Positions 51,201-60,398 of a stretch of DNA of 64,000 bases are shown here, in pieces. Under the pieces are notes generated by a model that did not search any database, was not told the origin of the DNA, and saw only the letters and a program-made list of their open reading frames with translations. Position numbers and translations under genes: made by a program. The stretch lies in NCBI RefSeq assembly GCF_000328665.1, contig NC_019977.1, positions 2,100,011-2,164,010 of the forward strand, given 5' to 3'. How positions within the stretch are numbered: the stretch's first letter is position 1; each line of letters begins with the position of its first letter. This DNA is from Methanomethylovorans hollandica DSM 15978. GTDB taxonomy: Archaea > Halobacteriota > Methanosarcinia > Methanosarcinales > Methanosarcinaceae.

Positions 51201-52959
51201 CTATTGGATACAAATTTAATTTTTTAATTCCTAATTGTGTAATGAATTCGTAATCAACTTCTTTGCAGGCAATTTTTAGTAAAAATGATATTCTTTTCAG
51301 TAGTTCTTGGTTATTCTCTAGCAATTTCTCTTCAAACAATTCAAAGAAAGTATCTGAATAATCAGAAAGTAAAATCGATATTAAAATCTCATCTTTCCAA
51401 TATAATTGAATCTTTTCATCATCGATTGCTTCTTCAATGAATTGTTGAATTGATTCATCTTTTAATAATAACTTTTCTGAGACCCAATTTCTAAAACTTC
51501 TACGAATCGGAAGCTCTTCTCCAATTCGTTCAAAAAAATCTAAATTATTAGACCTTTTTAAATATGCATTTTGAATTATTCTCTCTAATGCCCATTCTTC
51601 ATAAATATCTTGAGTAATGAAGTAACCTGCTGTATTATATTCTAATATTCCATCATGGTATAATTCTTCCAAAATATATGGATCACAATTTGGGGTCACA
51701 AAGAATTGAGATTCTTTAACTCTTTGCAAAGCAATATGTAAAAAGCATTGTTCCCTTGTTGACTTTGATTTTTTAATTTCTTTATTCCACAAATTGTTTC
51801 TAAAATTCAAATAACCAAGGTTTTCTTTTGTATAGTACTTTAGGTATTCTTTCAAATAGAACGAATTTTTGATAAGTTCTATTACTTTTTTATCCTCTGG
51901 AAGTATGAACCCATGCTTCTGGGATAGTTCAATTAATTTGCCTTCATCTAGAGTTTGTAGATCTATATTGTAAGGTATAATCTTATAAATTTCAATAAAT
52001 TGGTAATTGAGATCTTCTAAATAGTTAGTTCTTGTAGTAAAAATAATCTTCCAATTGTTTTTTATCATGGCAGATAGACACTCTTTAAAAGGATCTGTAT
52101 TTTGTAGATCCAATAATCTTTCTGCCGAATCAATGACAATAATCTTATTTTCTTCCTCTCTATGAGCTTCTATAAAATCTTGTAAATTAAAATTTGAAAA
52201 TAGAACCTTTATGTTGCCTACGTTAAACTCATTAGACTTAAAAATATAGAATGGAATCTTCTTTTCTAATTCTTGGTAATATTTTTTAATGACAGCAGTT
52301 TTTCCTACTCCTCCAACTCCACTTAAGATTATTATCTGTCTTTCACTAATGTTATTTTTAATCTTTTGTAAAATGTTACTTCTGTCAATTTCTATTTTTT
52401 CAGTATCGAACTCTATATATGTTTGAATTTGAGATAGCAATGACTCTGTACTTTTTTCTTTTTCTTTTAAAAGGGTAATAATACTTCCATCTAACAAAAA
52501 GAAGTGAGATGCTATATTTTCATTGGTAGTTGTTACAAAAGGGGATTCAAAAAAGCTTGCTGTTCTCCAATCGATTTCAATACTTAAATCATTGGCTCTT
52601 TGTTCTATAGTTTTTTTTGTTTTTGGAGCATCTTGCCCTGTTCCTTTAGTCCAGTCCAGATTTGTATAAACAATAATTTTAGTAATATCGGGGTAATCTC
52701 TTTTGCTTTTGTTTAACATTTCAGTGAAATCATCGAGATGATCTTTCAAAGGAGTCTCATAAAATTTTGCTTGCCAACCGATTACCTCCCCTTCTTTATT
52801 AATAGGGTTTGTCTCAATCCCAGATTGGTTTTTGTATCGAAAAATGCCCGGAGTCTTGTCGTATTCTTGACAAAAAAGAGAATAGCATAACCACTCAAAA
52901 TTTCTGTGAGGATTGTCACTAAACTTTGCTTTAAATATATTCCAATCTGGTTTAATCAT
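48253..52959 (-). CDS. avs4: AVAST type 4 antiviral STAND NTPase-nuclease Avs4
   Basis: N-terminus MIKPDWNIFKAKFS...FEWLCY.LFC.E...GIFRYKNQSGIET...GWQAKFY (Mrr-like QxK); Walker A GVGGVGKT; Walker B IIVIDSAE; long helical sensor; ends SVVGYMVREDIL. Colinear with E. coli Avs4 as recalled; 1568 aa. Confidence 0.92.
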   Translation of the reverse strand: MIKPDWNIFKAKFSDNPHRNFEWLCYSLFCQEYDKTPGIFRYKNQSGIETNPINKEGEVIGWQAKFYETPLKDHLDDFTEMLNKSKRDYPDITKIIVYTNLDWTKGTGQDAPKTKKTIEQRANDLSIEIDWRTASFFESPFVTTTNENIASHFFLLDGSIITLLKEKEKSTESLLSQIQTYIEFDTEKIEIDRSNILQKIKNNISERQIIILSGVGGVGKTAVIKKYYQELEKKIPFYIFKSNEFNVGNIKVLFSNFNLQDFIEAHREEENKIIVIDSAERLLDLQNTDPFKECLSAMIKNNWKIIFTTRTNYLEDLNYQFIEIYKIIPYNIDLQTLDEGKLIELSQKHGFILPEDKKVIELIKNSFYLKEYLKYYTKENLGYLNFRNNLWNKEIKKSKSTREQCFLHIALQRVKESQFFVTPNCDPYILEELYHDGILEYNTAGYFITQDIYEEWALERIIQNAYLKRSNNLDFFERIGEELPIRRSFRNWVSEKLLLKDESIQQFIEEAIDDEKIQLYWKDEILISILLSDYSDTFFELFEEKLLENNQELLKRISFLLKIACKEVDYEFITQLGIKKLNLYPIEYIFSKPKGEGWNSLIEFTYKFLNQIGVENTSFLLPIIYDWNGKFKHGKTTKLSSLIALKYYQWLVQKDSYYSHGDVKENLCKTILSGASEIKYELNQIFENILNNKWKRYGDPYYDMVNTILIKCMENIEVIKTLPDCILKLADLFWFQIPEKEKFESYSIMEIEKYFCIEENHQNYYPSSAFQTPIYWLLKRSPEKTILFIIKFTNKVVDCYAKSDFAKYEDKIEEVEVTIDDRTYKQYINDRLWNTYRGTKGSTYLLESIHMALEKFLLDFGKYTDQQTLERLLLFLLKNSKSASITAVVTSIVLAYPDKTFNVAMALFQTKQLLFYDTQRLFSEQYNNNTLLGLAGFRIDYKKEIYADERREACDDKHRKLSIENIILNYQLFRSKDISENEADRKQRIIWNILDEYHQKLPNKQDETEDDKTWRLFLARMDKRKIKPTIEEKEDGFVIHLNPEIDSELRKYIDRSVENDLEPMKYGRLKLWAKYKIQNDQRHQQYTQYENNPQLALKEVKEIVYTLEQAPEDTFYLFNYSIPAEVCSILLREYFGDISADDRIFCKEVVLNVACHSLQPNYKYQVSDGTQSTLSVLPLLLQKFPEDKIKIKIILILTMFKDETFGMAGTEFNEFAIIGIDSIWSVNFKEAQSLLFGYLLLKPRYEALKKDLRYGKYVRNTHDLYTEVNQKFLTENEEDIKKVIENKISFDDLKNIEQLDPRILKTAFKIIPLNTDNNEHKIIAQSIISTFAKELLSNRTKKIVDYNTGHSFLKKLAYFTLSSSEQDIPTYLRPFIDNFSSSEAIADLFEEFIVAEYRLNSYNNFWKVWDMFYEKVVDLCKDGDKQKDVKSIVQSYLFAQTYWNEKDTDWQTLTDANRRFFANIIKKIGPCTSTLYSISKLLNGIGSNYLNNGISWISEILTTNQNLWNEKLETNTIYYIENIVKKYSYKNREDIRKTVKLKQELLVVLNFLIEKESVVGYMVREDIL

Positions 52960-52980
52960 GTATTTGAATTCATTCCAACA

Positions 52981-52999
52981 TCTTATAAATAAATCGTTT
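52981..52999 (-). promoter_or_regulatory. BRE/TATA-like promoter for avs4
   Basis: Minus strand AAACGATTTATTTATAAGA; TTTATAA ends about 24 nt before the ATG, a leaderless-type spacing. Confidence 0.5.
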
Positions 53000-53390
53000 T
53001 CATAGGTTCATAGTGAAAAAGTTCTAAATCGCTTTCAGAATGTAGAAATATGGCATAATATACAGATTTTTATTTAATCGGGTGATAAAGGAATCAATAT
53101 GGTAAAAATAATTACTGTGTATCTAAAAGCCATGCACACAGCTTACAGATTCTGATTTCTTCTTGCTATAAGACGTTAATACATAGCTCCAATTATTATA
53201 TTTGTATTTTAATCCCTCGGTGCTTCATCGTCTATAGATTTTCAATTCTTTCAACTTAGCATTCTTTGTGTCTATAATCCTCTATTTTCGGATCAGTTCT
53301 CAGAATAGAGAGGGTCTATTATCTCGCCTACCTAACCATTCTTACACGAAAAATGTATGTATCTCTCCGAGCATGTAATAACCAGATACG

Positions 53391-54650
53391 ATGAGAGAAT
53401 TTATAGAACAGCTAAGAAGCAATGGCAAGATCACGGATATCAGGCAGAGTGTTTCAAGGGAGTTCGAAGCACCCAGGATAGCGAAAAAGACACCTGGACC
53501 TGTGTTTTTCCATGATATCGAGGGAAAGAAAGCGATCATGAACCTGCTGGGTACGCGGGATGAGCTTGCAGTCATGCTCGGAGTGCCCCGGGATATGATC
53601 ATTCAGAAACTTTCTGAAGTCCAGCCGAACGGGGAGGTAGTAATAGTTTCGGGGTCTCCTACAATGGAAGTTGTGGATGAGGAGGTTGACCTGTACAGCC
53701 TCCCCATTATGAAACATTTTGCAAAGGACGGAGGTCTTTACATCACTGCCGGTATCGTGGTCAGTGAGTACGAAGGCTCCATGAATGCATCCATACACCG
53801 CCTGATGGTGCTTGATAAGGATAAGCTGGCTGCAAGGCTTGTGCCTCCGAGGCATACCTATGTATTGCACAAAAAGGCTGCTTCAAAGGTAGACAAACTG
53901 CCGATAGCAATTGTCATAGGTGCCGATCCGGTAATAACGTTCGCCTCAACCACCCGTGTGCCCGTAGGAACAGAATTCCACTATGCAGCAGCTCTTAGAG
54001 GTGCTCCGGTGGAATTGTTCGCATGCAGCAATGGCGTGAAAGTTCCTCACGCTGAGATCGTACTGGAAGGTTACATCGACCCTGTGGAACGTGTGTCAGA
54101 AGGACCATTTGTTGATATCACCGGCACTTATGACGAGATACGTCCTGAACCTGTTATACACATTACAAAGATCATACACAGGAAAGATCCCATTTATCAC
54201 GGCATCCTTCCGGCGGGACCGGAACACCTGCTTATGATGGGTGTGCCATACGAACCTAAAATATACAGAGCTGTGAGCGAGGTGACCACAGCGAAGAACG
54301 TGGTGCTCACAGAAGGCGGATGCTGTTATCTGCATGCAGTGGTGCAGATCGAAAAGCAGACCGAAGGTGATGGAAAGAACGCTATCATAGCAGCCTTTGC
54401 AAGCCACACAAGCCTTAAGCATGTGGTGGTAGTGGACGAGGACATCGATATCTTCGACCCGAAGGACGTGGAGTTCGCCATTGCGACCCGCGTAAAGGGC
54501 GACATGGATGTCATGATCATTACCAATGTCCGGGGAAGTTCCCTGGACCCGCGGGGCGCACCTGACGGCACAACTACAAAAATAGGTATAGATGCCACTA
54601 AAGTCCTGAAACAGGTGGAGATATTTGAAAGGGCGAAGATGCCCGAGTAG
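53391..54650 (+). CDS. UbiD-family decarboxylase, probably anhydromevalonate phosphate decarboxylase
   Basis: NASIHRL, EGPFVDITGTYD, VVVDEDID, GSSLDP; adjacent to AcnX pair. Confidence 0.85.
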   Translation: MREFIEQLRSNGKITDIRQSVSREFEAPRIAKKTPGPVFFHDIEGKKAIMNLLGTRDELAVMLGVPRDMIIQKLSEVQPNGEVVIVSGSPTMEVVDEEVDLYSLPIMKHFAKDGGLYITAGIVVSEYEGSMNASIHRLMVLDKDKLAARLVPPRHTYVLHKKAASKVDKLPIAIVIGADPVITFASTTRVPVGTEFHYAAALRGAPVELFACSNGVKVPHAEIVLEGYIDPVERVSEGPFVDITGTYDEIRPEPVIHITKIIHRKDPIYHGILPAGPEHLLMMGVPYEPKIYRAVSEVTTAKNVVLTEGGCCYLHAVVQIEKQTEGDGKNAIIAAFASHTSLKHVVVVDEDIDIFDPKDVEFAIATRVKGDMDVMIITNVRGSSLDPRGAPDGTTTKIGIDATKVLKQVEIFERAKMPE

Positions 54651-54657
54651 GTGGACC

Positions 54658-55836
54658 ATGTATCTTACAACAGAAGAACAGGCAATGCTCGATGGCGAAG
54701 AAGGCGAAACACTTCGGAAGGCCATTGAGATACTGGTTTCCCTGGGCGATATTTACGGTGCTGACAGGCTAATTCCTGTCAAGAGCGCACAGATTGCCGG
54801 TGTTTCCTACAAGACCATAGGCGATGCAGGCCTGGAATGGATATCTGATCTGCATGGCAAAGTAAGGATCCCCTCCATACTCAATCCTGCGGGCATGGAC
54901 CTGCAGGACTGGGAAAAAATGCGGATAGATCCGGAATTTGCACATAAACAACAGCTTATTATTGAAGCTTACGAAAAACTGGGTATCAGCTCCAAATGCA
55001 CGTGTACTCCCTATTATCTGGAAGGATTCAATGCCATCTGCGCAGATCACCTTGCATGGAGCGAGTCATCCGCAGTCTCCTATGCAAATTCCGTCATCGG
55101 GGCAAGGACTAACCGTGAAGGTGGTCCATCAGCTCTCTCGGCAGCCCTTGTGGGCAAGACTGCCAACTATGGATACCATCTCGATGAGATGCGCAAACCC
55201 ACAGTATCGGTTACAGTGGATTATGAACTGAAGGGCTCTGATTACGGTGCCCTTGGGTATATCGTAGGGAATATAGTGGGCAGCAGAGTGCCTTTGTTCA
55301 TCCTGAAAGGCAAGCCTGACAATGAAGAGCTGAAGTCGCTGGGTGCTGCCATGGCCGCTTCCGGAGCTGTTGCCCTGTATCATGTGGAAGGCGTTACCCC
55401 TGAAGCAAGGAAGAACAAATTTGCAAGGCCCGATGAGAACATAGTCATCGAGGAAAGTCAGATAAGGGAAATATACGACAAGACAAAACCCGACATCAAT
55501 GACCTGGATATCATAACAATAGGCTGTCCGCATTGTTCCCCGGCCGAACTTTCTCTGATAGCAGGATTGCTTGAAGGCACGACCGTTAGTAAGGAAGTGT
55601 GGATCTGCACTTCCAGGGAAGTTGCAAACAAGTATGCTGGAATTGTAAAGTCCATTGAGAAAAGCGGGGCAAAAGTGATCTGCGATACATGTATGGTCGT
55701 ATCACCGGCAACTGAAAAATATAAGGCGATGATGGTGAATTCCGGCAAAGCCCTGGCATACGTACCCGGTATGTGTGGGGTTCCCACCCTCTTTGGTGAT
55801 ATCTATAAATGTATCAGGGAGGCGGTGAAGGAATGA
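54658..55836 (+). CDS. aconitase X catalytic subunit / phosphomevalonate dehydratase large subunit
   Basis: GVSYKTIGDAG, CTCTPY, WSESSA, IGCPH, DTCMVV. Confidence 0.9.
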   Translation: MYLTTEEQAMLDGEEGETLRKAIEILVSLGDIYGADRLIPVKSAQIAGVSYKTIGDAGLEWISDLHGKVRIPSILNPAGMDLQDWEKMRIDPEFAHKQQLIIEAYEKLGISSKCTCTPYYLEGFNAICADHLAWSESSAVSYANSVIGARTNREGGPSALSAALVGKTANYGYHLDEMRKPTVSVTVDYELKGSDYGALGYIVGNIVGSRVPLFILKGKPDNEELKSLGAAMAASGAVALYHVEGVTPEARKNKFARPDENIVIEESQIREIYDKTKPDINDLDIITIGCPHCSPAELSLIAGLLEGTTVSKEVWICTSREVANKYAGIVKSIEKSGAKVICDTCMVVSPATEKYKAMMVNSGKALAYVPGMCGVPTLFGDIYKCIREAVKE

Positions 55837-56237
55837 AGGTCAAGTGCCGGACCATTTCCAGAGGCTGTGCAGAGGGGGAAGTGCTGATTACGAGTGATAC
55901 CATCTCGTTTTTGGGTAACATAGATCCTAAGACCGGGAAAGTGGTGGATGGCAACCATGAACTTTTCGGGCAGTCGATCAAGGACAAGGTCTTGGTCTTC
56001 CCTCATGGGAAGGGCTCGACTGTGGGTTCATATGTAATATACCAGCTCTTCAAGAACGGCGTTGCCCCTGCAGCCATGATCAACCTGGAATCTGAGCCTA
56101 TAGTTGCTGTAGGTGCTATTATTTCTGCCATACCGCTGGTTGACAGACTGGAGAAGGATCCAGGTTCCATCCTCAAGAATGGCATGTCCATAAAAGTAAA
56201 TAGTAGTGAAGGGTATGTCGAAGTACCTGAAGGATAA
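55833..56237 (+). CDS. DUF126 aconitase X swivel / phosphomevalonate dehydratase small subunit
   Basis: FPHGKGSTVGSY; ATGA overlap. Confidence 0.9.
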   Translation: MKVKCRTISRGCAEGEVLITSDTISFLGNIDPKTGKVVDGNHELFGQSIKDKVLVFPHGKGSTVGSYVIYQLFKNGVAPAAMINLESEPIVAVGAIISAIPLVDRLEKDPGSILKNGMSIKVNSSEGYVEVPEG

Positions 56238-56280
56238 TGACCCTGAAAATGCAAAAAGTTACTGAAAAAGTGGGGTACTA

Positions 56281-57387
56281 ATGGAAATTTGTCTGAGGTG
56301 GAAAAGAAAGAACGCTTTCAGCCTTGCTGCGCTTGCACCATTGCTGCCCAGTATACGCAGAGTTAAAACACCCACTGACGGTATAATGATCTATAGTCTG
56401 GTGACCAGGCAGGCAGCAAGCGTTTTCAGGGAAGTGCAGAATGCAACCACCAATTCAATTTTCATAGCTGGTGGCCCTCATCCATCTGGAGATCCTGAAG
56501 GCACTTTGCGATACTTTGATTATGTGGTGATAGGTGAAGGTGAAGCAACACTTCCAGAGCTTGTACAAACGTTGCTGCAAGGTGGAGATGTGAGCACTGT
56601 CAAAGGTATCGCCTACAGGGATACCGATGGAAAAATAATCTTCACTCCAAAAAGGGAGCCTATAGAACTGGATGATTTCCCCTGTTTCGATCCGCATCTT
56701 ATCAAAGCTCCCATAGAGATCAGCCGGGGATGTCCCTGGAAGTGTAAATACTGCCAGATCCCACAGATGTTCGGCAGTAAAGTAAGGCACCGCAGTATAG
56801 ATTCCATAGTGAAGTATGCTCAGCACTATAAGGACCTGAGGTTCGTTTCATCTAATTCGTTCGCCTATGGAGGCGATGGTATACATCCGAGGTTCGATAA
56901 GGTGGAAAAACTACTGGAAGCGTTGCATGCGATCGGGAACAAGGACATTTATTTTGGTACTTTTCCTTCGGAAGTGAGACCAGAGTTCGTGACAGACGAA
57001 TCTCTGGAAATGGTGAACAAGTATTGTACCAATGACAGGATCAGTCTTGGTGCACAGTCCGGCAGTGAATGTGTTCTTAGAGAGATCCGCAGGGGTCACA
57101 GTGTAAGGGAAGTAGAAATAGCCGTTGAACGTTGTTTTGAACATGGGATCACACCTACTGTTGACTTTATCCTGGGTTTCCCTGATGAAACCGAAGAAGA
57201 GCAGGAGATGAGCCTTGAACTTATAAAGTGGATATGCATCAAAGGCGGTGAAGTGCGGGCACATTATCTTGAACCTTTGCCTGGAACACCTTATGCTCGT
57301 GTGTCTCCAAGCAAGGTAAGCGAAAAGGTTAACAGTGAACTTGGCAAGCTTGCTCTGAACGGCAAGATAACGGGTTCATGGGAGTGA
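56281..57387 (+). CDS. B12-binding-domain radical SAM protein (TIGR04013-like)
   Basis: GGPHPS, GEGE, EISRGCPWKCKYC, GTFPSEVRP. Confidence 0.85.
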   Translation: MEICLRWKRKNAFSLAALAPLLPSIRRVKTPTDGIMIYSLVTRQAASVFREVQNATTNSIFIAGGPHPSGDPEGTLRYFDYVVIGEGEATLPELVQTLLQGGDVSTVKGIAYRDTDGKIIFTPKREPIELDDFPCFDPHLIKAPIEISRGCPWKCKYCQIPQMFGSKVRHRSIDSIVKYAQHYKDLRFVSSNSFAYGGDGIHPRFDKVEKLLEALHAIGNKDIYFGTFPSEVRPEFVTDESLEMVNKYCTNDRISLGAQSGSECVLREIRRGHSVREVEIAVERCFEHGITPTVDFILGFPDETEEEQEMSLELIKWICIKGGEVRAHYLEPLPGTPYARVSPSKVSEKVNSELGKLALNGKITGSWE

Positions 57388-57418
57388 ATGTTCTGTGATG
57401 ATCTGGGTATTGTAGCTT

Positions 57419-58123
57419 TCAAAGCAGGTGCTCTTCGAATTTCCCATTACAAAATACCATGACCCTCACTTTTTGACCTTTACTCAGCTTGCGCATCATG
57501 CGGTCATAGATGCTCTGGACATGTTTCAGGTGGTTTTTTTTAAAATGTGCACTGACCGTTTCCAGAAACCATATATGATGCTTAAGGTATGCTGTTTCGT
57601 ATTCTTTTGTCAGGGACGCTATACTGGCGCATTCTTCATCGGTTATCTCTGAATGATAGCATCCATGTTCGTTCAGACCGCTGATCTGTCTCCAGTCCAT
57701 TTTCCCGGACTCATCTGCTTCACGGTGCAGCATGTACGGATAAAGCCTGCAGATCAAGGGCCTGTCTTCGTAGATCCGACATCTTCCTCCTTCAAGGAAC
57801 ATGCATGACCCATCTTCTTTGGTACGCAGCGCGTAGCCGGAAACATAGAAAGCCCCGTTGTTATCGCAAAATTCAAAATATGGCGCAGGTTTCAAGGTAT
57901 CAGATGCTATTTCCCTGATACGGCGTACTTCCGGATCAAGCAGGAAAATATGATCGTTGAACTCATGAGTACAGCATTTTGCGCACATATCACACTCAAA
58001 GCCTACCTCTTTGATGATCTCGCAGAGCTTTTCCACTGGGTATTCCTCCAGATCATGGAGCTCTATTTTTATGTCAAGTATCTGTTCTTCTATAGATGGT
58101 CTGGCTACAATGACCAACTCCAT
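57419..58123 (-). CDS. YkgJ/CxxCxxCC cysteine-cluster protein
   Basis: FECDMCAKCC, CMFL, CRIYEDRPLICRLYP. Confidence 0.9.
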   Translation of the reverse strand: MELVIVARPSIEEQILDIKIELHDLEEYPVEKLCEIIKEVGFECDMCAKCCTHEFNDHIFLLDPEVRRIREIASDTLKPAPYFEFCDNNGAFYVSGYALRTKEDGSCMFLEGGRCRIYEDRPLICRLYPYMLHREADESGKMDWRQISGLNEHGCYHSEITDEECASIASLTKEYETAYLKHHIWFLETVSAHFKKNHLKHVQSIYDRMMRKLSKGQKVRVMVFCNGKFEEHLL

Positions 58124-58306
58124 TGATGATGACCAACATTTGACCGGTACGTTATTAAGTCTATCTTCAATGTATTCTGAAGGCTTTCCGCAGCAAGGTC
58201 AAAAAAGAGCAATGTTCCCGTAAAGTTTAATTATGAGCATCGCCTCTAATGCTAAACTTACTTATGATTACATTATCGATATTCAAATATTACATGAGGA
58301 TTCATA

Positions 58307-58480
58307 ATGGGTAAAACAGGCAGCATAGTATGGGCAAAGGTCAAAGGAAGAAAAGGTAGGACCATAAAGGTAAAGAAAGCAGAGGAAGCTAAGGCACACC
58401 CCGGCCCTGCACAGAGGTATATGGCATCGGGTGCAAAGAGAAGATTCATAAGGCGCTCTCCGAAATCTATAGTCAAGTAA
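58307..58480 (+). CDS. small basic protein, DUF5350-like (absent from ORF track)
   Basis: [63 protein letters not shown]; downstream T tract. Confidence 0.8.
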   Translation: MGKTGSIVWAKVKGRKGRTIKVKKAEEAKAHPGPAQRYMASGAKRRFIRRSPKSIVK

Positions 58481-58664
58481 AGATTATTCTTTTTTCAATG
58501 GCAGAGTATTCATAGTGTTTTCGATATCACTCTGCGATTTTTCACTTTTTGTCTTTAAGTGGGTTTGACCAAACTCATGCGTAAAGGATATATAGAACTA
58601 CAATCATTAAAAAACGTCTGATAAAACTAATCCCTTATTACACTATTAAGGAGGATAAATACAA

Positions 58665-60320
58665 ATGGCAGGACAGATGGCTGGACAGCCGATTTTCATC
58701 TTAAGAGAAGGAAGCCAGAGAACAAAAGGCAGAGACGCTCAGAGCAACAACATTATGGCCGCAAAGGCAGTTGCAGAAGCAGTGAGGACTACCCTGGGAC
58801 CAAAAGGCATGGACAAGATGCTGGTGGACAGTCTCGGAGATGTTGTTATCACCAATGATGGTGCAACCATTCTTAAAGAAATGGATATAGAGCACCCGGC
58901 TGCAAAAATGATCGTAGAGGTCTCCAAGACCCAGGACGATGAAGTGGGCGATGGTACCACCACAGCAGCAGTAATAGCAGGCGAACTGCTGAAAAAAGCA
59001 GAAGAGCTTATAGAGCAGGACGTTCACCCAACTATTATCGCTTCCGGGTACAGGCTTGCTTCAGAAAGGGCTGCAGATATCCTTCAAACCCTTTCAAAGA
59101 AAGTCACCATTAATGATGAGGCTATTCTCTTGAACATCGCCGGGACAGCAATGACCGGAAAAGGTGCAGAGGCTACCAAGGACGTGCTTTCCAGGATCGC
59201 AGTATCCGCTATTAAGAGCATTGTTGACACTACCGACGGTAAGAATAAGGTAGAGATGGACAACATCAATGTCGAAAAGAAGGTTGGAGCACGTATCGAG
59301 GAATCCGAGCTCATCACCGGTATGATCATCGATAAAGAGCGTGTGCACAGCAATATGCCCAAAAAGGTTGTAAATGCAAAGATAGCTCTTATCAATATAG
59401 CTATCGAGCTTAAGGAAACCGAAGTTGACGCAGAGATCTCAATAACATCCCCCGACCAGTTACAGTCCTTCCTTGACCAGGAAGAAAAGATGATAAGGAG
59501 CATCGTCGAGAAGATTGTGGCAAGCGGTGCAACTGTTGTATTCTGTCAGAAGGGTATCGATGATATGGCACAGCACTTCCTGTCCAAGAGCGGTATCTTC
59601 GCAGTGAGGCGTGTCAAGAAGAGCGATATGCAGAAGCTGGCCAGAGCAACAGGCGGCAGGCTCATTACCAACCTCGATGAGATCACAGCCGAGGACCTGG
59701 GCAAAGCACAACTTGTAGAAGAGAAGAAGGTCGGCGGCGACGAGATGACCTTTATCACTGGTTGCGAAAACCCCAAGGCAGTCTCAATTTTGCTGCGCGG
59801 CGGTACCGAGCATGTCATAGATAACATCGAAAGAGCACTGCACGATGCACTGAGAGTGGTCGGAGTTGCTATAGAGGATGAGACACTGGTCGCAGGCGGC
59901 GGTTCACCTGAGGTAGAACTCGCACTGAGACTCTATGAGTATGCAGCGACCCTCAGCGGCAGGGAACAGCTTGCAGTTAAGGCATTCTCAGAGGCACTTG
60001 AGATCATCCCAAGAACACTTGCAGAGAACGCAGGACTTGACCCCATAGACAAGCTCATGGAGCTGCGTGCTCACCACGAGAAGGGATCCAAGACTGCAGG
60101 TCTTAATGTGTACACTGGCGAGATCATTGATATGTGGGAAGCTGGCGTTGTGGAACCTCTCAGGGTCAAGACCCAGGCGATCAATGCAGCTGCAGAATCT
60201 GCTGTTATGATCCTCAGGATCGATGATATCATTGCTTCAACCCGTGCACCCGCAGGTCCATCTGGCGCAGACATGATGCCAAACATGCCACCAGGAATGG
60301 GCGGCATGGGCATGGAATAA
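58665..60320 (+). CDS. ths: thermosome (group II chaperonin) subunit
   Basis: [29 protein letters not shown] tail. Confidence 0.97.
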   Translation: MAGQMAGQPIFILREGSQRTKGRDAQSNNIMAAKAVAEAVRTTLGPKGMDKMLVDSLGDVVITNDGATILKEMDIEHPAAKMIVEVSKTQDDEVGDGTTTAAVIAGELLKKAEELIEQDVHPTIIASGYRLASERAADILQTLSKKVTINDEAILLNIAGTAMTGKGAEATKDVLSRIAVSAIKSIVDTTDGKNKVEMDNINVEKKVGARIEESELITGMIIDKERVHSNMPKKVVNAKIALINIAIELKETEVDAEISITSPDQLQSFLDQEEKMIRSIVEKIVASGATVVFCQKGIDDMAQHFLSKSGIFAVRRVKKSDMQKLARATGGRLITNLDEITAEDLGKAQLVEEKKVGGDEMTFITGCENPKAVSILLRGGTEHVIDNIERALHDALRVVGVAIEDETLVAGGGSPEVELALRLYEYAATLSGREQLAVKAFSEALEIIPRTLAENAGLDPIDKLMELRAHHEKGSKTAGLNVYTGEIIDMWEAGVVEPLRVKTQAINAAAESAVMILRIDDIIASTRAPAGPSGADMMPNMPPGMGGMGME

Positions 60321-60339
60321 ACAAATTCCAATAGAACAG

Positions 60340-60398
60340 AGCGCAGTACATCTGCGCTTACATCTCTTTTTTATTTATTTGTTTATAAAAGAAAAAAA
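60340..60398. terminator. hairpin and T/A tracts between convergent ths and cdc6
   Basis: AGCGCAG-TACAT-CTGCGCT, then a T tract and an A tract. Confidence 0.55.

Noticed and set aside
48021..53293. AGCATTCT...CTATTT similarity on both sides of avs4 as an att site or target duplication
   Set aside because: Only an 8-bp exact match in AT-rich DNA; no integrase, transposase or tRNA nearby
47940..54660. Pyrrolysine readthrough at TAG stops of the MTase-ligase, avs4 and ubiD genes
   Set aside because: The proteins already appear complete at the TAG, and readthrough gives no meaningful domain or in-frame fusion
54096..54725. 209-aa antisense ORF and many other short overlapping ORFs in the track
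   Set aside because: Shadow frames of well-supported genes, with no motifs of their own
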